A stretch of 64,000 bases of DNA, from contig NC_082712.1 of the NCBI RefSeq assembly GCF_030144855.1, forward strand, positions 10,106,001 to 10,170,000, written 5' to 3'. The notes under the pieces are model-generated. The model was given only the letters and a program-made list of their open reading frames with translations. It searched no databases and was not told the origin of the DNA. This stretch comes from Hypanus sabinus (taxonomy: Eukaryota). Made by a program: the position numbers and the translations under genes. Below are positions 22,100-34,924 of the stretch, in pieces. Position 1 is the stretch's first letter. The number at the start of each line of letters is the position of its first letter.

Positions 22100-24333
22100 A
22101 GCCAGAAGAAAAGGAATGGGCAGTCTGAAGGGAATGACGGATTGAGGAGCGGTGAGATAGGAGTCTGATGTGATTGATGGATTGAGCAGAGGAGAGTCAG
22201 GAGTCTGAGGTGACTGTTAGATTGAAGAGGGGTGAGAAAGCAGTCTGAGGTGATCGTTAGATTGAGGAGAGGTGAGACAGAAGTGATTAATTGATGAATT
22301 GAGAAGGGGGGACAATGAGTCGGTGATTGATGGATTGAGGAGTATTCCAACAGTAGTGTCAGGTGATGGATGGATTGACGAAGGGAGAGTCAGGAGTCTG
22401 AGGTGATTGAAGCATTAAGGAGACATTATAAAGGAGTCTGGGTTTATTGATAGATTGCTGAGGAGTGAGAGAGGAGTCTCAGGTGATTTTTGGATTGAGA
22501 GGGGTGAGACATGAGTGAGGTAATTGCTCGATAGTGGAGATATGAGGCCGTGGTTTCAGGTGACTGAAGGATTGAGGAGAGACGCGACAGGAGACAGGTG
22601 ATTGGTGCATTGAGGAGGAGTGAGATGAGTCTGAGGTAATTGATGGACTGAGGATGGTGAGACAGGATTCTGAAATGACTGATAGTTTGAGGAGGGCTGA
22701 GGCAGGAGTATTAAGTGATTGATGAATAGAGGATGCGACATGAGTCTCAGGTGATTGAGAGACTGAGTAGGAGTGAGACGAGTCTGCGGTGATTGATGTA
22801 TTCAGGAGGTGAGCCAGGAGTCTGAGGTGATTGGTGGATTGAGGAAGGGTGAGATGAGCCTGAGGTAATTGATGGACTGAGGATGGTGAGACAGGATTTT
22901 GAAATGACTGATAGTTTGAGGAGGGCTGAGGCAGGAGTATTAAGTGATTGATGAATAGAGGATGAGACATGAGTCTCAGGTGATTGAGGGACTGAGTAGG
23001 AATGAGACGAGTCTGAGGTGTTTGATGTATTGAGGAGGGTTTAGTCTGGAGTCTGAGGTAATTAATGGATTTAAGAGGGCTCACATAGGAGTCTGAGTGA
23101 GACAGGGACCTGAGGTGATTGATGAATTTAGAGCGGTGAGACAGGAGTCTAGGTGATTGATTGATTGATTGATTGATTGTTTGCTGACGGGTGAGGCACG
23201 TGTATGAGGTGACTGAAGGATTAAGGAGATGTGAGTCAGGAGTCTGTTGATTGATGGATGATGGATTCATGTCTGAGGTGATGATGGATTGAGGTGTGGT
23301 GAAAAGTGTCTGAGGGGAAGTTTGGATTGAGACTGGAAGCGTCAGGAGTCTGAGGATATTTATGAATTGAGCATGGGTGAGACATGAGTCTGGGGTGATT
23401 GATGGTTTGAGGAGGAATGAGACGAGTCTGAAGTAATTGATGGATTGAGGAGGGATGAAACAGGAGTATGAGGTGATTGATGTATTGTGGAGGGTTGATA
23501 CAGGAGTCTGAAGTAATTGATTGATTGAGGAAGGGTGAGACTGGAGTCTGGGATGAATGATGAATTGAGAGGAGTGAAAGAAAAGTCTGAGATGATTCAT
23601 GGATTGTAGAAGGGAGAAACAGGAGACTGGGGTGATTGATGGATTGATGAGGGTGGGGAAAGGAGTCACGGGTGATTGTTCCATTGATGTGGGGTGAGGC
23701 AGGAGTGTAGGTGATTTCTGATTGATGGATTGAGGTGGGGTGAGACAAGCTTCTGTGATTCCCGATGGATTAATGAGGAGTGGGACGAGTCTCAGTTGAT
23801 TGATAGAATGAGGTGAATTCAGGAGGAGAGACTCTGGAGTCTGACTTGATTGATCAATAGAGGAGGGTTACGATAGAGTCAATATTGAGTAGGGGTGAAT
23901 CTGTGGTGATTCATGGATTCAGAAGGATTGAGACAGGAGTCTCAGGTGATTGATGGAATGAAACGAGGTGAGAATAAAACTGTAGAGATTAAGGAATTGA
24001 GGTTGTGGACCCAGGAGTCTGAGGTGATTGGAAGATTGAGGATGGGTGACATAGGAGATTGAAATGATTGCTGGATTGGGGAGGGTTCAGGAAGGATTCC
24101 GAATGATTTGTGGATTGAGGATGGGTGATACAGTGGTCTGAAGTGATTGATGAATTGGGATGGGTGAGATCGCATTCTGAAATTATTAATGGATTGAAGA
24201 GGGGAGAGACAGTAGTCTGACGAGATTGGAAGATTAAGTCAGTGAGGCAGCAGTCTGCGGCGATTGAGGGATCCAGAAGGGCTGAGAGTGGTGTCTGAGG
24301 TGATTGATGGGCTGAGGAGGGATGAGACAGGAG
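22100..24333. repeat. Degenerate ~38-40-bp satellite, left block
   Basis: Consensus-like gaggtgattgatggattgaggaggggtgagacaggagtct repeated throughout; internal 229-bp duplication (22741 vs 22970). Confidence 0.9.
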
Positions 24334-27300
24334 TGTTATGTATTCAGGCAACAATAAATATATGAGTTAGGCAAGGATTTATATAACAAATAACACGTTT
24401 ATTAAACACTGAAAACAAACCCCCCAAAATTAAACAAACACCAACGTAACCGGAAATCAGCTGCTGTGCGGCAGCTTGAACAGTTCTTAAAGCGATGCAG
24501 CTCAAACAGTTCTTAAAGCGATGTTGCCAAAACAGTTCCTTAAAGTAGCATTGCCAAAAGTTCAAAAATGCTCACAGTCCATTTAAAAGGAGAGACTTTA
24601 TAAGACGATTTAAATTCTCTTTCACGTCGTTTTGCTTTCCCACGAAGAATTTACGAAACGAAACGAAACGGCTCAGCAAGTTCTCAGCAAGTTCACATTT
24701 TTCTGTGTTCATCCTATATGGATGTTGTTTGATATGTTTGGCATCTCCAACATCTACATCATGTGAAGCTATAGTAGTCCTTCTCAGAACATCTGCAAAC
24801 AACTCCTTATATTTAACAATTAATTCCTTCATCAGTTGTTTCTGCTCTAGCTGTAAATGTGCTAAGTTCTCATCAATACTTTCCAGAATGGTTGAATTTG
24901 GTAACCTAACAGAAACAATGTTGGATTTAGAATGAAAGTCAGATGAATCATCTATCATGTTCCTAGCTAAATCAAACTCATTCTCACTAACCACAACAGT
25001 CACAGTATCAGATTGTTTCTCATAATATGGTTTTATCATATTTATATGGCAAAGTTGTGTTGACCTTCTACGATCCGGAGTTTTTATCACGTAATCCACA
25101 TCATTGATTTTAGACACAATTTCATAAGGACCATGAAATCTAGCTTGTAAAGGATTTGTCTGCATTGGGAAAAGAACCAACACCTTATCTCCAGGCTTAA
25201 ACATCCTCATCCTAGCTTCTTTATTATACCAAGTTTTCATTTTCTCCTGAGCCAACTTTAAATTTTTTCGTGGCGAAGCTACAAGCTTTATGTAACCTGT
25301 CCTTAATTTCAAAACATAGTCCAACAAATTAGTGTGTACTTCCTTACTAATCCACTCAATAAAGCTAAAGGTCCTCTAACTCTATGCCCAAACACAAGTT
25401 CAAATGGACTAAAACCGAAAGATTCCTGTACCGATTCCCTTACTGCAAGCAAAAGCAAGTTTATACCCTCATCCCAGTCACTTTCATTTTCCACACAATA
25501 TGTCCTAATCATATTCTTGAGGGTAAAATGAAACCTCTCCAAGGCACCCTGCGACTCTGGATGGTATGCAGACGAAGTGATTTGCTTAGCTCCCAATTTA
25601 TAAACTATCTGTTGAAACAATCCAGACATAAAATTACTGCCTTGATCTGTTTGTATTTCCTTAGGTAATCCAAAATAAGTAAAGAATTTTATAAGAGCCT
25701 TTGTCACAGTTTTAGCTTTTATATTCCTAAGTGGTACCGCCTCTGGAAACCTAGACGAAGTACACATGATAGTCAACAAATACTGATAACCAGTTTTTGT
25801 CTTTGGTCATGGACCAACACAATCTATAATAACTTTAGAAAACGCTTCACCAAATGCTGGAATAGGTTGTAATGGAGCTACTGGTGTAACCTGATTTGGT
25901 TTACCCACAATTTGACAAGCATGGCACGTTTTACAAAACAGCGGCACATCTGTTCTTCGACCAGGCTAGTAAAAATGTTTTAAAATCTTGTCCACAGTTT
26001 TCCTTACCCCTTAATGTCCACCTAAAGGCACACTATGAGCTAAAGTGAAAATCTCATTTCGATAAACTTTCGGGACAACTACCTGGTAAACAACATTCCA
26101 ATCCTTACCTGCAGGAATTGTAGGCGATCTCCACTTCCTCATCAACACTTCTTTTTCCAAGTAATATCCTACTGGCACCTTCTCAATTTCACTACCTAGT
26201 AAAGCTTGCTCTCTTAATTTTATAATCTCAGAGTCTCTATTCTGCTCTGCTATCATCTCCTTCCAAGACAGAGATAAATCTTCATAGCCAGACTTACTCC
26301 AAGAATCTTGTTCAAACAACGAAGGTAAGAAAGTCTCTGACACATCCTCAAAACTCGAATCCTGAGTTGAACAGTCCTGAGTAACAACCTCATTCTGCAC
26401 ATCAATCTTTTTAGCCATAGCTCCAGTCACAACACAGGAAGAATCTGTGTTAGAATTCAACTCTGGTTCCTCTGACTCCATTGTCAAATGCACTTCAGGA
26501 AAAACTTGTCTACCTGCCAAGACATTACCTAACAATAAAGAAATACCCTTCACAGGTAAGCTATGCTGTAATCCTACTTCAACAAATCCTGTAACTCAGC
26601 CTTATGTAAATGTACAGGCATAAAATCACTCCCAACAGCTCTTATGTAATTTACCTCATCAGTATCAGACTCTCCATTAAACTTCAACACACTGTCTAAC
26701 ATTAGTGATTGAGAAGCTCCAGTATCCATAAGGATTTTTATTGGCATCAGAGTAGATCCTTCTTTCAAAGATACAAACCCTACAGTTATAAAATGATCAC
26801 ATCCCTCTTTAACATGATCAGACACTAACAAAGTCTCATTTGTGTTTATCAAACCCTGTAACTTTACTGATGCTTCAGTATGTTGCACACAAGCATCTGG
26901 AACTGTTTCCTTCTCTTTCTTTTTCAATCTGAAACAGTTAGCTATTGAATGGCCAGGCTTCTTACAATAGTTACAAATAAGACCAAACTGTCTTTCCTTC
27001 ACAGGTTTTCCTTCCTCCTTACCTTTCTCATTAACTTCTGATTTAATTTCTGATTTACCTTGAGTCTCCATGTTATTTTTCCTCTTAAAATTTCCGCACT
27101 GAGGAAATATATTCTTATGGATTAAAACATACTCATCAGCTAATCTAGCATAGTCCTGCCATTTATCAGTATCCCTCTCATTTAAGTAGGTCCTTACTTC
27201 AACAGGAATGCTTCTTTTAAATTACTCCATTAAAATCAGCTCTCTCTGTGTATCATAGTCCCCATTTACATTTTTAGAAGAAACCCATCTCTCAAAGCAC

Positions 27301-28971
27301 ACCGCTTTGTCATAGGCAAATTCCACATAAGTTTTTTCCACAGACTTTTTCAAACTTCTGAATCTTTCTCTATACGCTTCTGGGACTAATTCGTATACTT
27401 TCAGAATATGCATTTTCACAATATCATAATATAATGCTTGTGCAGCAGTTCAAGCTGTGTAAACTTGTTGTGCTTTGCCTTTAATTACACTCTGTAACAA
27501 CACTGACCATTTATCTCTCGGCTACTCTGACATCCGAGCACTAGTTTCAAAATGTTGAAAATATCTTTCCACTTCTGTTTCACTAAATGGAGGGACCTTT
27601 TTAATTTCTTGACTAGCAACAAACGATTTTAGAACCAGAAGACTAATTCCCAGACCTTAATTCCGACATTGCATATTCAAATTCCCTTTGTTTTTGTTCA
27701 GCCTCTAATTTACAACGCTCCAATTTAGCTTTACTTTGTTCCAACTTCATTTGTTTGATTCGCAAATGCATCTCCAGATTACTTATAGGAAACGACTCTA
27801 AAATCGATTCATCAAAAACACCCGAATCCACATGGTGTGACGCGATTTTTCTCTGTACAACAGCCTTAGATGTACTCTGCAAAATACCTTTAAGTTGCAA
27901 CTTACTAGCTATCTCAGACACCTCAGTCTTTTTCGCCTTCGCTAACAACTCCGCATCTGGCGAAACCAGAAACTCATCAATATTCATTGTTGCCGAATAC
28001 CACTCACAAGCCAATCAAACAAAAGAATCGAGTATTCCCCTTTTCCAAAACACCGATTCAAAAGTTAGCAAGCATTTAAACTCAAACGATCCAATCGGAC
28101 GGAGCCCTCATATTTATGTTACGTATTCAGGCGACAATAAATATATGAGTTAGGCAAGGATTTATATAACAAATAACACGTTTATTAAACACTGAAAACA
28201 AACCCCCCCTAAAAGTAAACAAACACTAACGTAACCGGAAATCAGCTGCTGTGCGGCAGCTTGAGCAGTTCTTAAAGCGATGTTGACAAAACAGTTCTTT
28301 AAAGTAGTATTGCCAAAAGTTCAAAAATGCTCACAGTCCATTTAAAAGGAGAGACTTTATAAGACGATTTAAATTCTCTTTCACGTCGTTTTGTTTCGAT
28401 CCCCGACGTCGAACTTTTCCCACGAAGAAGTTACGAAACGAAACGAAACGGCTTAAAGGCACTGACCTTTCCTTTATCACACTGTCCTCAATATTTTCTG
28501 CTATCCCGCAGAGATTAAAACGAGAACAGTCAACGAAATCCTTCCGAATAAAGATTAAGCGAGGTCGAACCCGTTTCACTGTCGAAAATCGATTCTCCTC
28601 GATCTTTAACTCGCGAACTCCGATCTTCGCTCTCCACTGATTCTCAGCTAGCAGTATTGTAAAGAAACTGCTGGCAATGACCTTTTAAACTTTAGGCATT
28701 AGATAAAAACATCGTCCTTCAACTGAACTGCGTCATCACATTAAATCACGGAGTGGCATGAAGTCAACATGGCAAATCCAGCCACGAACTGTCCCTCCTC
28801 ACAAGGTGGAGTCTTCCTTTCATACCCTGTAAATAAACCTGTTGCATGATCTCTACTGGCGGGAAAATGACATCACTCCACCATCACAAGACCATTACCT
28901 CAAGTCCAGTATAGCTTCAACCCCAGTCTCGTGACAAGGGTACCACTATCATGTGTCACGAGTACGTAACA
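24334..28971 (-). mobile_element. Gmr1-like Gypsy LTR retrotransposon (gag-SCAN-CCHC, PR, IN, start of RT), internally deleted
   Basis: TG...CA ends, 4-bp TSD GGAG (24330-24333 / 28972-28975); 5' LTR 28971-28117, partial 3' LTR ~24673-24334; YELVPEAYRERFR (SCAN-like), CNYCKKPGHSIANC, DTGASQS, TDQGSNF/YHPESQG integrase placed before QHPYR (RT start). Confidence 0.9.
28096..28116 (-). promoter_or_regulatory. Primer-binding site, degenerate tRNA-Pro type
   Basis: Immediately inside the 5' LTR: tgagggctccgtccgat, resembling TGGGGGCTCGTCCGGGAT. Confidence 0.6.
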
Positions 28972-29696
28972 GGAGTCTGATGTAATTGATGGATTGAGAA
29001 GAGATGAGGCAGGATTCTCAATAATTAGCGGTTTGAGGAAGGGAGAGACAGTGGTTTGGGCGGACTGATGGATTCAGATGGGGAGAGATAGAAGTCTGAA
29101 GTGATTGGAAGACTAAGGAGGGATAAGGCAGCAGTCTGAGGTGCCTGAAGGATTGAGGAGGGACGAGATAGGTGTCTGACGTGATTGATGGGTTGAGGAG
29201 GGTGCGACAGGTGTCTGAGGTAATCGAAGCACTGACAACAGGTGAGACAGATGTCTGAGGTCATTGATGGTTTGAGGAGGAGTGTGACAGAAGTCTGCAG
29301 TGATTGATGAATTGAGGAGGTATGGGACAGGCTTTTGAAGGGATTGATGGACTGAAGAGTAGTGAGACAAGTCTGAGGTGATTGATGGATCGAGTAGGGG
29401 AGAGTCAGGAAACTAAGGTGATTGAAGAGGGGTAAGATAGGACTTTGAAGTGCTTGACGGTTTGCTGAACAGGGAGACAGGAGTGTAAAGTTATTGATGG
29501 ATCGAGGATGAGTGAGACAGGAGACTGAGGTGATTGTGGATTCAGGAGGGGTGAGGTATTTGTGTGAGGTGACTGGTGGATTGAGGAGGGTCCGGATACG
29601 AGTATGAGGTAATTGATGGATTGAGGAGGAATGAGACCAATCTGAGGAGACTGATGGATGGCAGAGCGGAGAGCCGGAAGTCAGGTGATTGATGGA
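28972..29696. repeat. Same satellite, middle block
   Basis: Satellite units resume exactly after the GGAG TSD. Confidence 0.85.
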
Positions 29697-30317
29697 TGTA
29701 CAGGGTTCTCAGATTATTAACTGGAGTGTTAACAGTTAACTGCATATGTATATAAAATGGCTTCTCTGTAGCGTTGGAATGAAATGGCTTCTTTGTAGGT
29801 AACTGATGAGGTAATGATCTGTTTAGTTGAAATGTTTGGGTTATGACTATTGATAACAGAGGAGCTAACCAATGAAAGCAATGAAGTATGTGTGGGAACC
29901 TGGAGTGAGGGCACGGGATTTTCGGGAGGACAACCGAAGATAAAGAAAGTGCTGGACGCGCTCTGGTCGACCACCAAGGTTGGTCCCAGGCGGCGGGCCG
30001 AGGAGATCAGAGAAGATCGAATGGTGAACCGAAGATTTCGATAGTTGAACTCCAACGGTTGTGCACGAATTGATTGAACCCTGATAAGTTTTGACACCTT
30101 TTTTATTTTCTTTTTATATTGTATCTATTAATTACCTAGTTCCAGTAAGATTTATGAAGTGTACTCTGTAAAACATACATTGTGTGCCGTCTGATATTGT
30201 GTGCGCACATTTGTTTCAGTGTGCGTTACACAGCATCTACGCAAACAAGAGACACGATTTGGCCGGTGGACGGATTTTCCCTTAGACAAACACAAGCCGA
30301 TAGCCCTTGGCGTTTCA
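29697..30317. mobile_element. Probable solo LTR inserted in the satellite
   Basis: Non-satellite 621-bp block with TG...CA ends splitting a gatggattgagg unit; TSD imperfect. Confidence 0.5.
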
Positions 30318-30760
30318 GATTGAGGAGCGTTGAGGTACGAGTCTGAGGTGATCGATGGATTGAGGAGGGGTGAGACACTAATCTGAAATGAATGATGGAT
30401 TAAGGAGCACTGAGAAGTATCTGAGGTGATGGATTGGTGAGGGTGAGAGTCGAGCCGAAGGTGCTTGATGGATTAAGGAGAGGTTAGACATGTGTTCGGG
30501 TGATTGGTGGATTGAGTAGGGGTGAGAGAGGTGTCTATTGATGCATTCAGTAAGGTTGAGACAGGAGTCAGATGTGATTAATGGACTGAGGACGGGTGAG
30601 AGAGGAATCTGTGGTGATAGAGGAGGGGAGGGGTAGGATTCTGAGGTGATTGATGCATTGAGGAGGTGTACGGCAGGAGTCCGTGATTGATGGATTAAGG
30701 AAGGGTGAGACAGGAGTCTGAAGCGATTGATGCATTGAGGAGTTTTGAGACGTGTCTGAG
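30318..30760. repeat. Same satellite, right block
   Basis: Satellite units continue to ~30760. Confidence 0.85.
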
Positions 30761-30869
30761 GTCACCGGCATCTGTCGTGAAATTTGTTGTTTTGCCTCAG
30801 CTGTACAGTGCAAAGCATAAAATAAAAACTATTATTTACAATAAATATATTTAAAAATTCAATTCGATA

Positions 30870-31150
30870 GGTAGTGCAAAGGTTTTGCTGTTGTCCGGGT
30901 GAGCCAAGGCCACGTGAGAAGCCAGTGAGATTGCATCCACTGTAGACCTGTTGTGGTGACGGGCAAATTGCCATGGGCCCAGGCTCTTCCTGACGCAGGT
31001 GCGGATTCCAGTCAGGACCAACCTCTCAAGGCATTTCATGGCAGTAGATGTGAGTGCCACTGGCTGATGGTCGTTAAGGCAGCTCACCCTGCTCTACTTG
31101 GGCACCGGTATAATGTTACCCTTTTGAAGCAGGTGGGGCCTCTGACTGCA
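30870..31150 (-). mobile_element. Rex1/Babar-type LINE RT fragment
   Basis: CLNDHQPVALTSTAMKCLERLV...QFA..HNRSTVDAISLA. Confidence 0.75.
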
Positions 31151-31559
31151 GCAGTGAGGGATTGAAGATATTCTTTATCTTTTCCAACAGTTGATCGATG
31201 CAGACTTTCAGCGATCTTCCAGATACACCAGCAGGGCCTGACAACTAAATTATCAGTAATGGATAGCCATGACTGAGAACAGGCTGTGATCCATAGGAGG
31301 GTCCAGGCTGGGGGGTTTATATGTGCAATAATGGATACTCAGGAGTGGGCTACATACTGCGGTCTGGTGCTGTAGAGACCGGAGTGGGGGTTACGTCAGA
31401 ATCAGAATCAGATTTAATATAGAAACAATAGAATAGACAACGAGATTGCATCACTGGCGTATGTCGTGAAATTTGTTGTATTGCAGCAGCAGTACAAGGC
31501 AATGTATAATAATAAAACCTATAAATTACAGTAAGTGCACATAAAACAAGAAAGGGAAA

Positions 31560-33000
31560 TTAAATAATTGAGAAGCAAGACCACGAAGGTAGTAATTTAG
31601 AGATTACTGCCTGTGCCCCTGACAGTGAGTATAGGAATAGAGTGAAGAGGAGGATAAACCTGTGGCTAACAGATTGGAGCAGGGGGCAGGGATTCAGATT
31701 TCTGGATCAATGCCACCTCTTTGGGGGCAGGCGGGACCTGTACAAAAAGGACACCAATATCCTTCAAAAAGCTTTTGGGGAAGAGTTTAAACTAGAGTTA
31801 CTGGGGAGTGGGAACCGAAATTAAGAGACGGTGGAGGAGACGGTTGGTGCACAAATAGAAAAAGCTTGGAGACAGTCTGAGAGGGAGGATAGGCAGGTGA
31901 TCGTGCAGCAACCTGCACAGACCGATGGTTTGAGATGTGTCTATTTTAATGCAAGGAGTATTATGAACAAAGTGGATGAGATTAGGGATCTATGATCCAT
32001 TACAGAGACCTGTAATGGTTACTTAGAGTGCCAGGCTTTAGATGTTTCAGAGAGGACGGAAGGGAGGCAAAAGAGGTAGAGGCGTGGCGCTGTTGATCAG
32101 AGATAGTGTCACGGCTGCAGAAAAGGAGGAAGTCATGGAGGGATTCTCTACGGAGTATCTGTGGGTGGAAGTTAGGAACAGGAAGGGGTCAATAACTCTA
32201 CTGGGTGCTTGTTTATAGACCACCCAATAGTGACAGGGATATCAAGGCGCAGATAGGGAGACAGATTCTGGAAAGGTTTAATAATAACAGCTTTGGCATA
32301 GTGGGAGATTTTAATTTCCCGAATATCGATTGGTTCTCCCTAGAGAGAGAGGGGTTTAGGTGGTGTGGAGTTTGTTAGGTGTTTTCAGGAAGGTTTCTTG
32401 ACCCATCTGTAGATAAGACAACAGGAGAAGAGCTGTACTTGATCTCGTATTGGGAAATGAACCTGGTCAGGTGTCAGATGTCTCAGTAAGCGAGCATTTT
32501 GTAGATAGTGATCACAATTCTATCTCCTTTACCACAGCATTGGAGAGAGGTAGGAACCGGAAGGTTAGGAAAACGTTTAATTGGAGTAAGCGGGAATATG
32601 AGGCTATCAGACAGGAATTGAGAAGCATAAATTGGAAACAGATGTCCGCAGGGAAACGTACGGAAGAAATATGGCAAATGTTCAGGGAATACTTGCGTGG
32701 GGTTCTGAGTAGGTACGATGCAATGAGACATGGAAAGGATGGTATGGTACTAGATCGGTGGTGCACAAAGGCTGTTGTAAATCTAGTCAGGAAGAAAAGA
32801 AGAGGTTCAAAAAGGTTCAACAAACTAGGTAATGATATGAATCTTGAAGTTCGTATGGCTATTAGGAAGGAGCTTATGACTGGAAATGGGAAAGCCAGAA
32901 GGGGCCATCAGAAGGCCTTGGAGGACAGGATTCAGGAAAACCACAAGGCATTCTGCAAGCATGTGAAAAGCAAGAGGATAAGACGTGAGGTTTTGAATCC
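31560..33000 (+). mobile_element. CR1 ORF1 end and ORF2 endonuclease region
   Basis: INLWLTDWSRGQGFRFLDQ, NARSI, SDHNSISF motifs; degenerate. Confidence 0.85.
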
Positions 33001-33254
33001 TTTCCAAAGCTTCCAGAACTTTCCTTAAGGCAGCACCCAGAACAGCACAGAAATCTCCTACTGTGGACTCTGCAAAGTTTTATAAAGCTGCAACAGTTTT
33101 ATCTTCAAGAAGTCGATGAAATATACCACAGCCAGAGCTTCGTTCCGACCCCCGAGCATACTGTCCAACATAATTCACAGGAGAAGGATCCGGAGTAGAA
33201 ACCCTGGCACGACACACAGACATGAGTCTGACCAGCATTTATTTATCACGTGTG

Positions 33255-33385
33255 TCGCGATATCGCACCAGGAGTGGCCGGGACTGGGAAATGTGCAGTT
33301 AAACTTCAGCTTTTTTAGCACCTGATTCCACTTCGTAGCAAATCACGAAGCTGAACAGTGGGTGGGTGAAAGTAAGTGAGAGTGT
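33255..33385 (-). pseudogene. Relic fragment of a third Siglec-15-like V exon
   Basis: TFTHP...VICYEVESGAKK / FNCTFPSPGHSWCD (frameshifted) parallels TFTHP...VIWYRVESGATK.LYNCTYPDSGPSWCD of the 21.6-kb exon; preceded by a similar (TC)n tract. Confidence 0.7.
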
Positions 33386-33659
33386 GTTGTGTGTCTGAGA
33401 GAGAGCGGAGAGAGTGTGCCTGTGAGACTGTGATAGAGAGAAGAACGTGAGAGAAGGAGAGAGGGAGAGAGGGAGAGGGAGATGAGTAGGGGATAGATGT
33501 GAAGAGGGAGAAGAGGAGAAGGGCAGAGGGAGACAGCTAAAGAGACAGGCAGACAGAAAGACAGAGAGAGATTGAGGGAAAGCGAGAGAGAAATCACAGA
33601 GCAGCAGGTAAACAGACACAGAACCCCACTGAACCCGACCCCGTGTTGTCGTCCCACAC

Positions 33660-33970
33660 AGTATCGCAATGTATCGGGGGATCTGGTTTGGACATCGAAC
33701 CAGCGGAAAGGGTTACAGGCTGGATTCTGAGGTGGGATACGTCCGGTTGGGAGTTATATGTATCATAACGGATTCCTTGCGTCAGGTGCAGGAAGGGGGT
33801 TCTGATGTGCGAGTGGGTTGGGGTAGTTACATGTGTAGTAACCGATACCCGGGAGTAAGAGGCGTCGGGCTGGGTGTTAAGGGTATAATAACGGATACTT
33901 GGGGGTGGATTCCAGTCTGGGGTCTGACGTGGGACTGGTAGTTATATGTAGAATAACCGATATCGGGGAA
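33660..33970. repeat. Short degenerate tandem repeat
   Basis: Several variants of ggtagttatatgtagaataaccgatac. Confidence 0.4.
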
Positions 33971-34860
33971 CGGATTACAGGATGAGATCGGGTAGTTTCA
34001 GAACTTTATCGTTGTCTGCTTCTCGGATCTGTAGGCTTTTGCAATCTTGCCGCTTCAGGGAGGAAGTGGTTGGAGATTCTGGAGCATCGGTTACTGATAA
34101 GAGAGTTCTTGGAATTCTCTCAGAGTAACGGAAAGATTACAGTCGGGTACGAGGACATTCAGCCCATTGTAAGAACAACCCACGCAGTCCCACTCCTCCA
34201 TCCTGTTCCCACCGCCCCGTGAATTCAGTTTCAGACACTTGTCCCCCTCCCCTTTTCAACACTGCCTTCCTATCCCGGCCCACGTTGTACCCTAAATACG
34301 AGGATTTTATGTGTCCAGACAACTCTATAGATCTATGGCGAATCTTTTTGATTCTATAACGTCAATTCTTTCCCCGTCCACCAATGGGACAGCCTCGCTC
34401 ATTCTGCACTCTTCATAATTTTAATACTCATCCCGAACCAGGTTTCCATCTGACCTCCGCTGCTGTAACGAGATCATCCAGAAGCTGGGTTAGAAGCAGG
34501 AGGCTGCTGGGCGCCCCTAATTCTACCGCCATTGAATAAGTTGATGGCTGATCTGTTTAAATTCAACACTCTATCCTTCTGCACCGCCGTAAGCCGCACA
34601 ACACCCCCCCTCTTGTTTATCGGGGGTTCCACTCAGGGGTACGAAACCCTGGGATAGACGGGTGTGTTTCTCCAATTGCCCGACCACCAGATCACCTCCA
34701 CCATAGTGAATGTGGTGTGTCAATAAGGTGGACCAGTCTCCCAACATCCCCTCACTCCCTCGGTTCAACCCAACGCTCAAACAGATGCAAAGCTGCCACA
34801 GCGGACACCCGAAAATTCAGATGAGGTAAGGAGATGATCAGGATAATGGAAAACACTTAC

Positions 34861-34921
34861 TGTATCCCTGGACTGAGACGGATAGCAGAACCGTGCAGAG
34901 ACAAACCCGGAGAGAGAGCAT
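34861..34921 (-). CDS. Signal-peptide (leader) exon
   Basis: ATG at 34921; MLSLRVCLCTVLLSVSVQGY + 1 nt, then a perfect donor A|GTAAGT; phase 1, compatible with both V exons. Confidence 0.8.
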
Positions 34922-34924
34922 CGC

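Noticed and set aside
22479-23684. 401-aa S/P/H/Q-rich ORF as a mucin-like stalk exon
   Set aside because: It is the stop-poor C/T-rich strand of the satellite, has overlapping ORFs in other frames, lies upstream of the V exons rather than next to the TM, and has no convincing splice boundaries.
22100-30760. Satellite as an Ig class-switch-like region
   Set aside because: The G-rich strand is the template for the local gene (opposite to switch regions), AGCT/WGCW motifs are not prominent, and no Ig constant exons are present.
33560-33670. Hydrophobic stretch GVGFSGVLCLFTCCS as another leader exon
   Set aside because: No ATG in frame (TTG start) and no good donor; it runs into a (TC)n tract.
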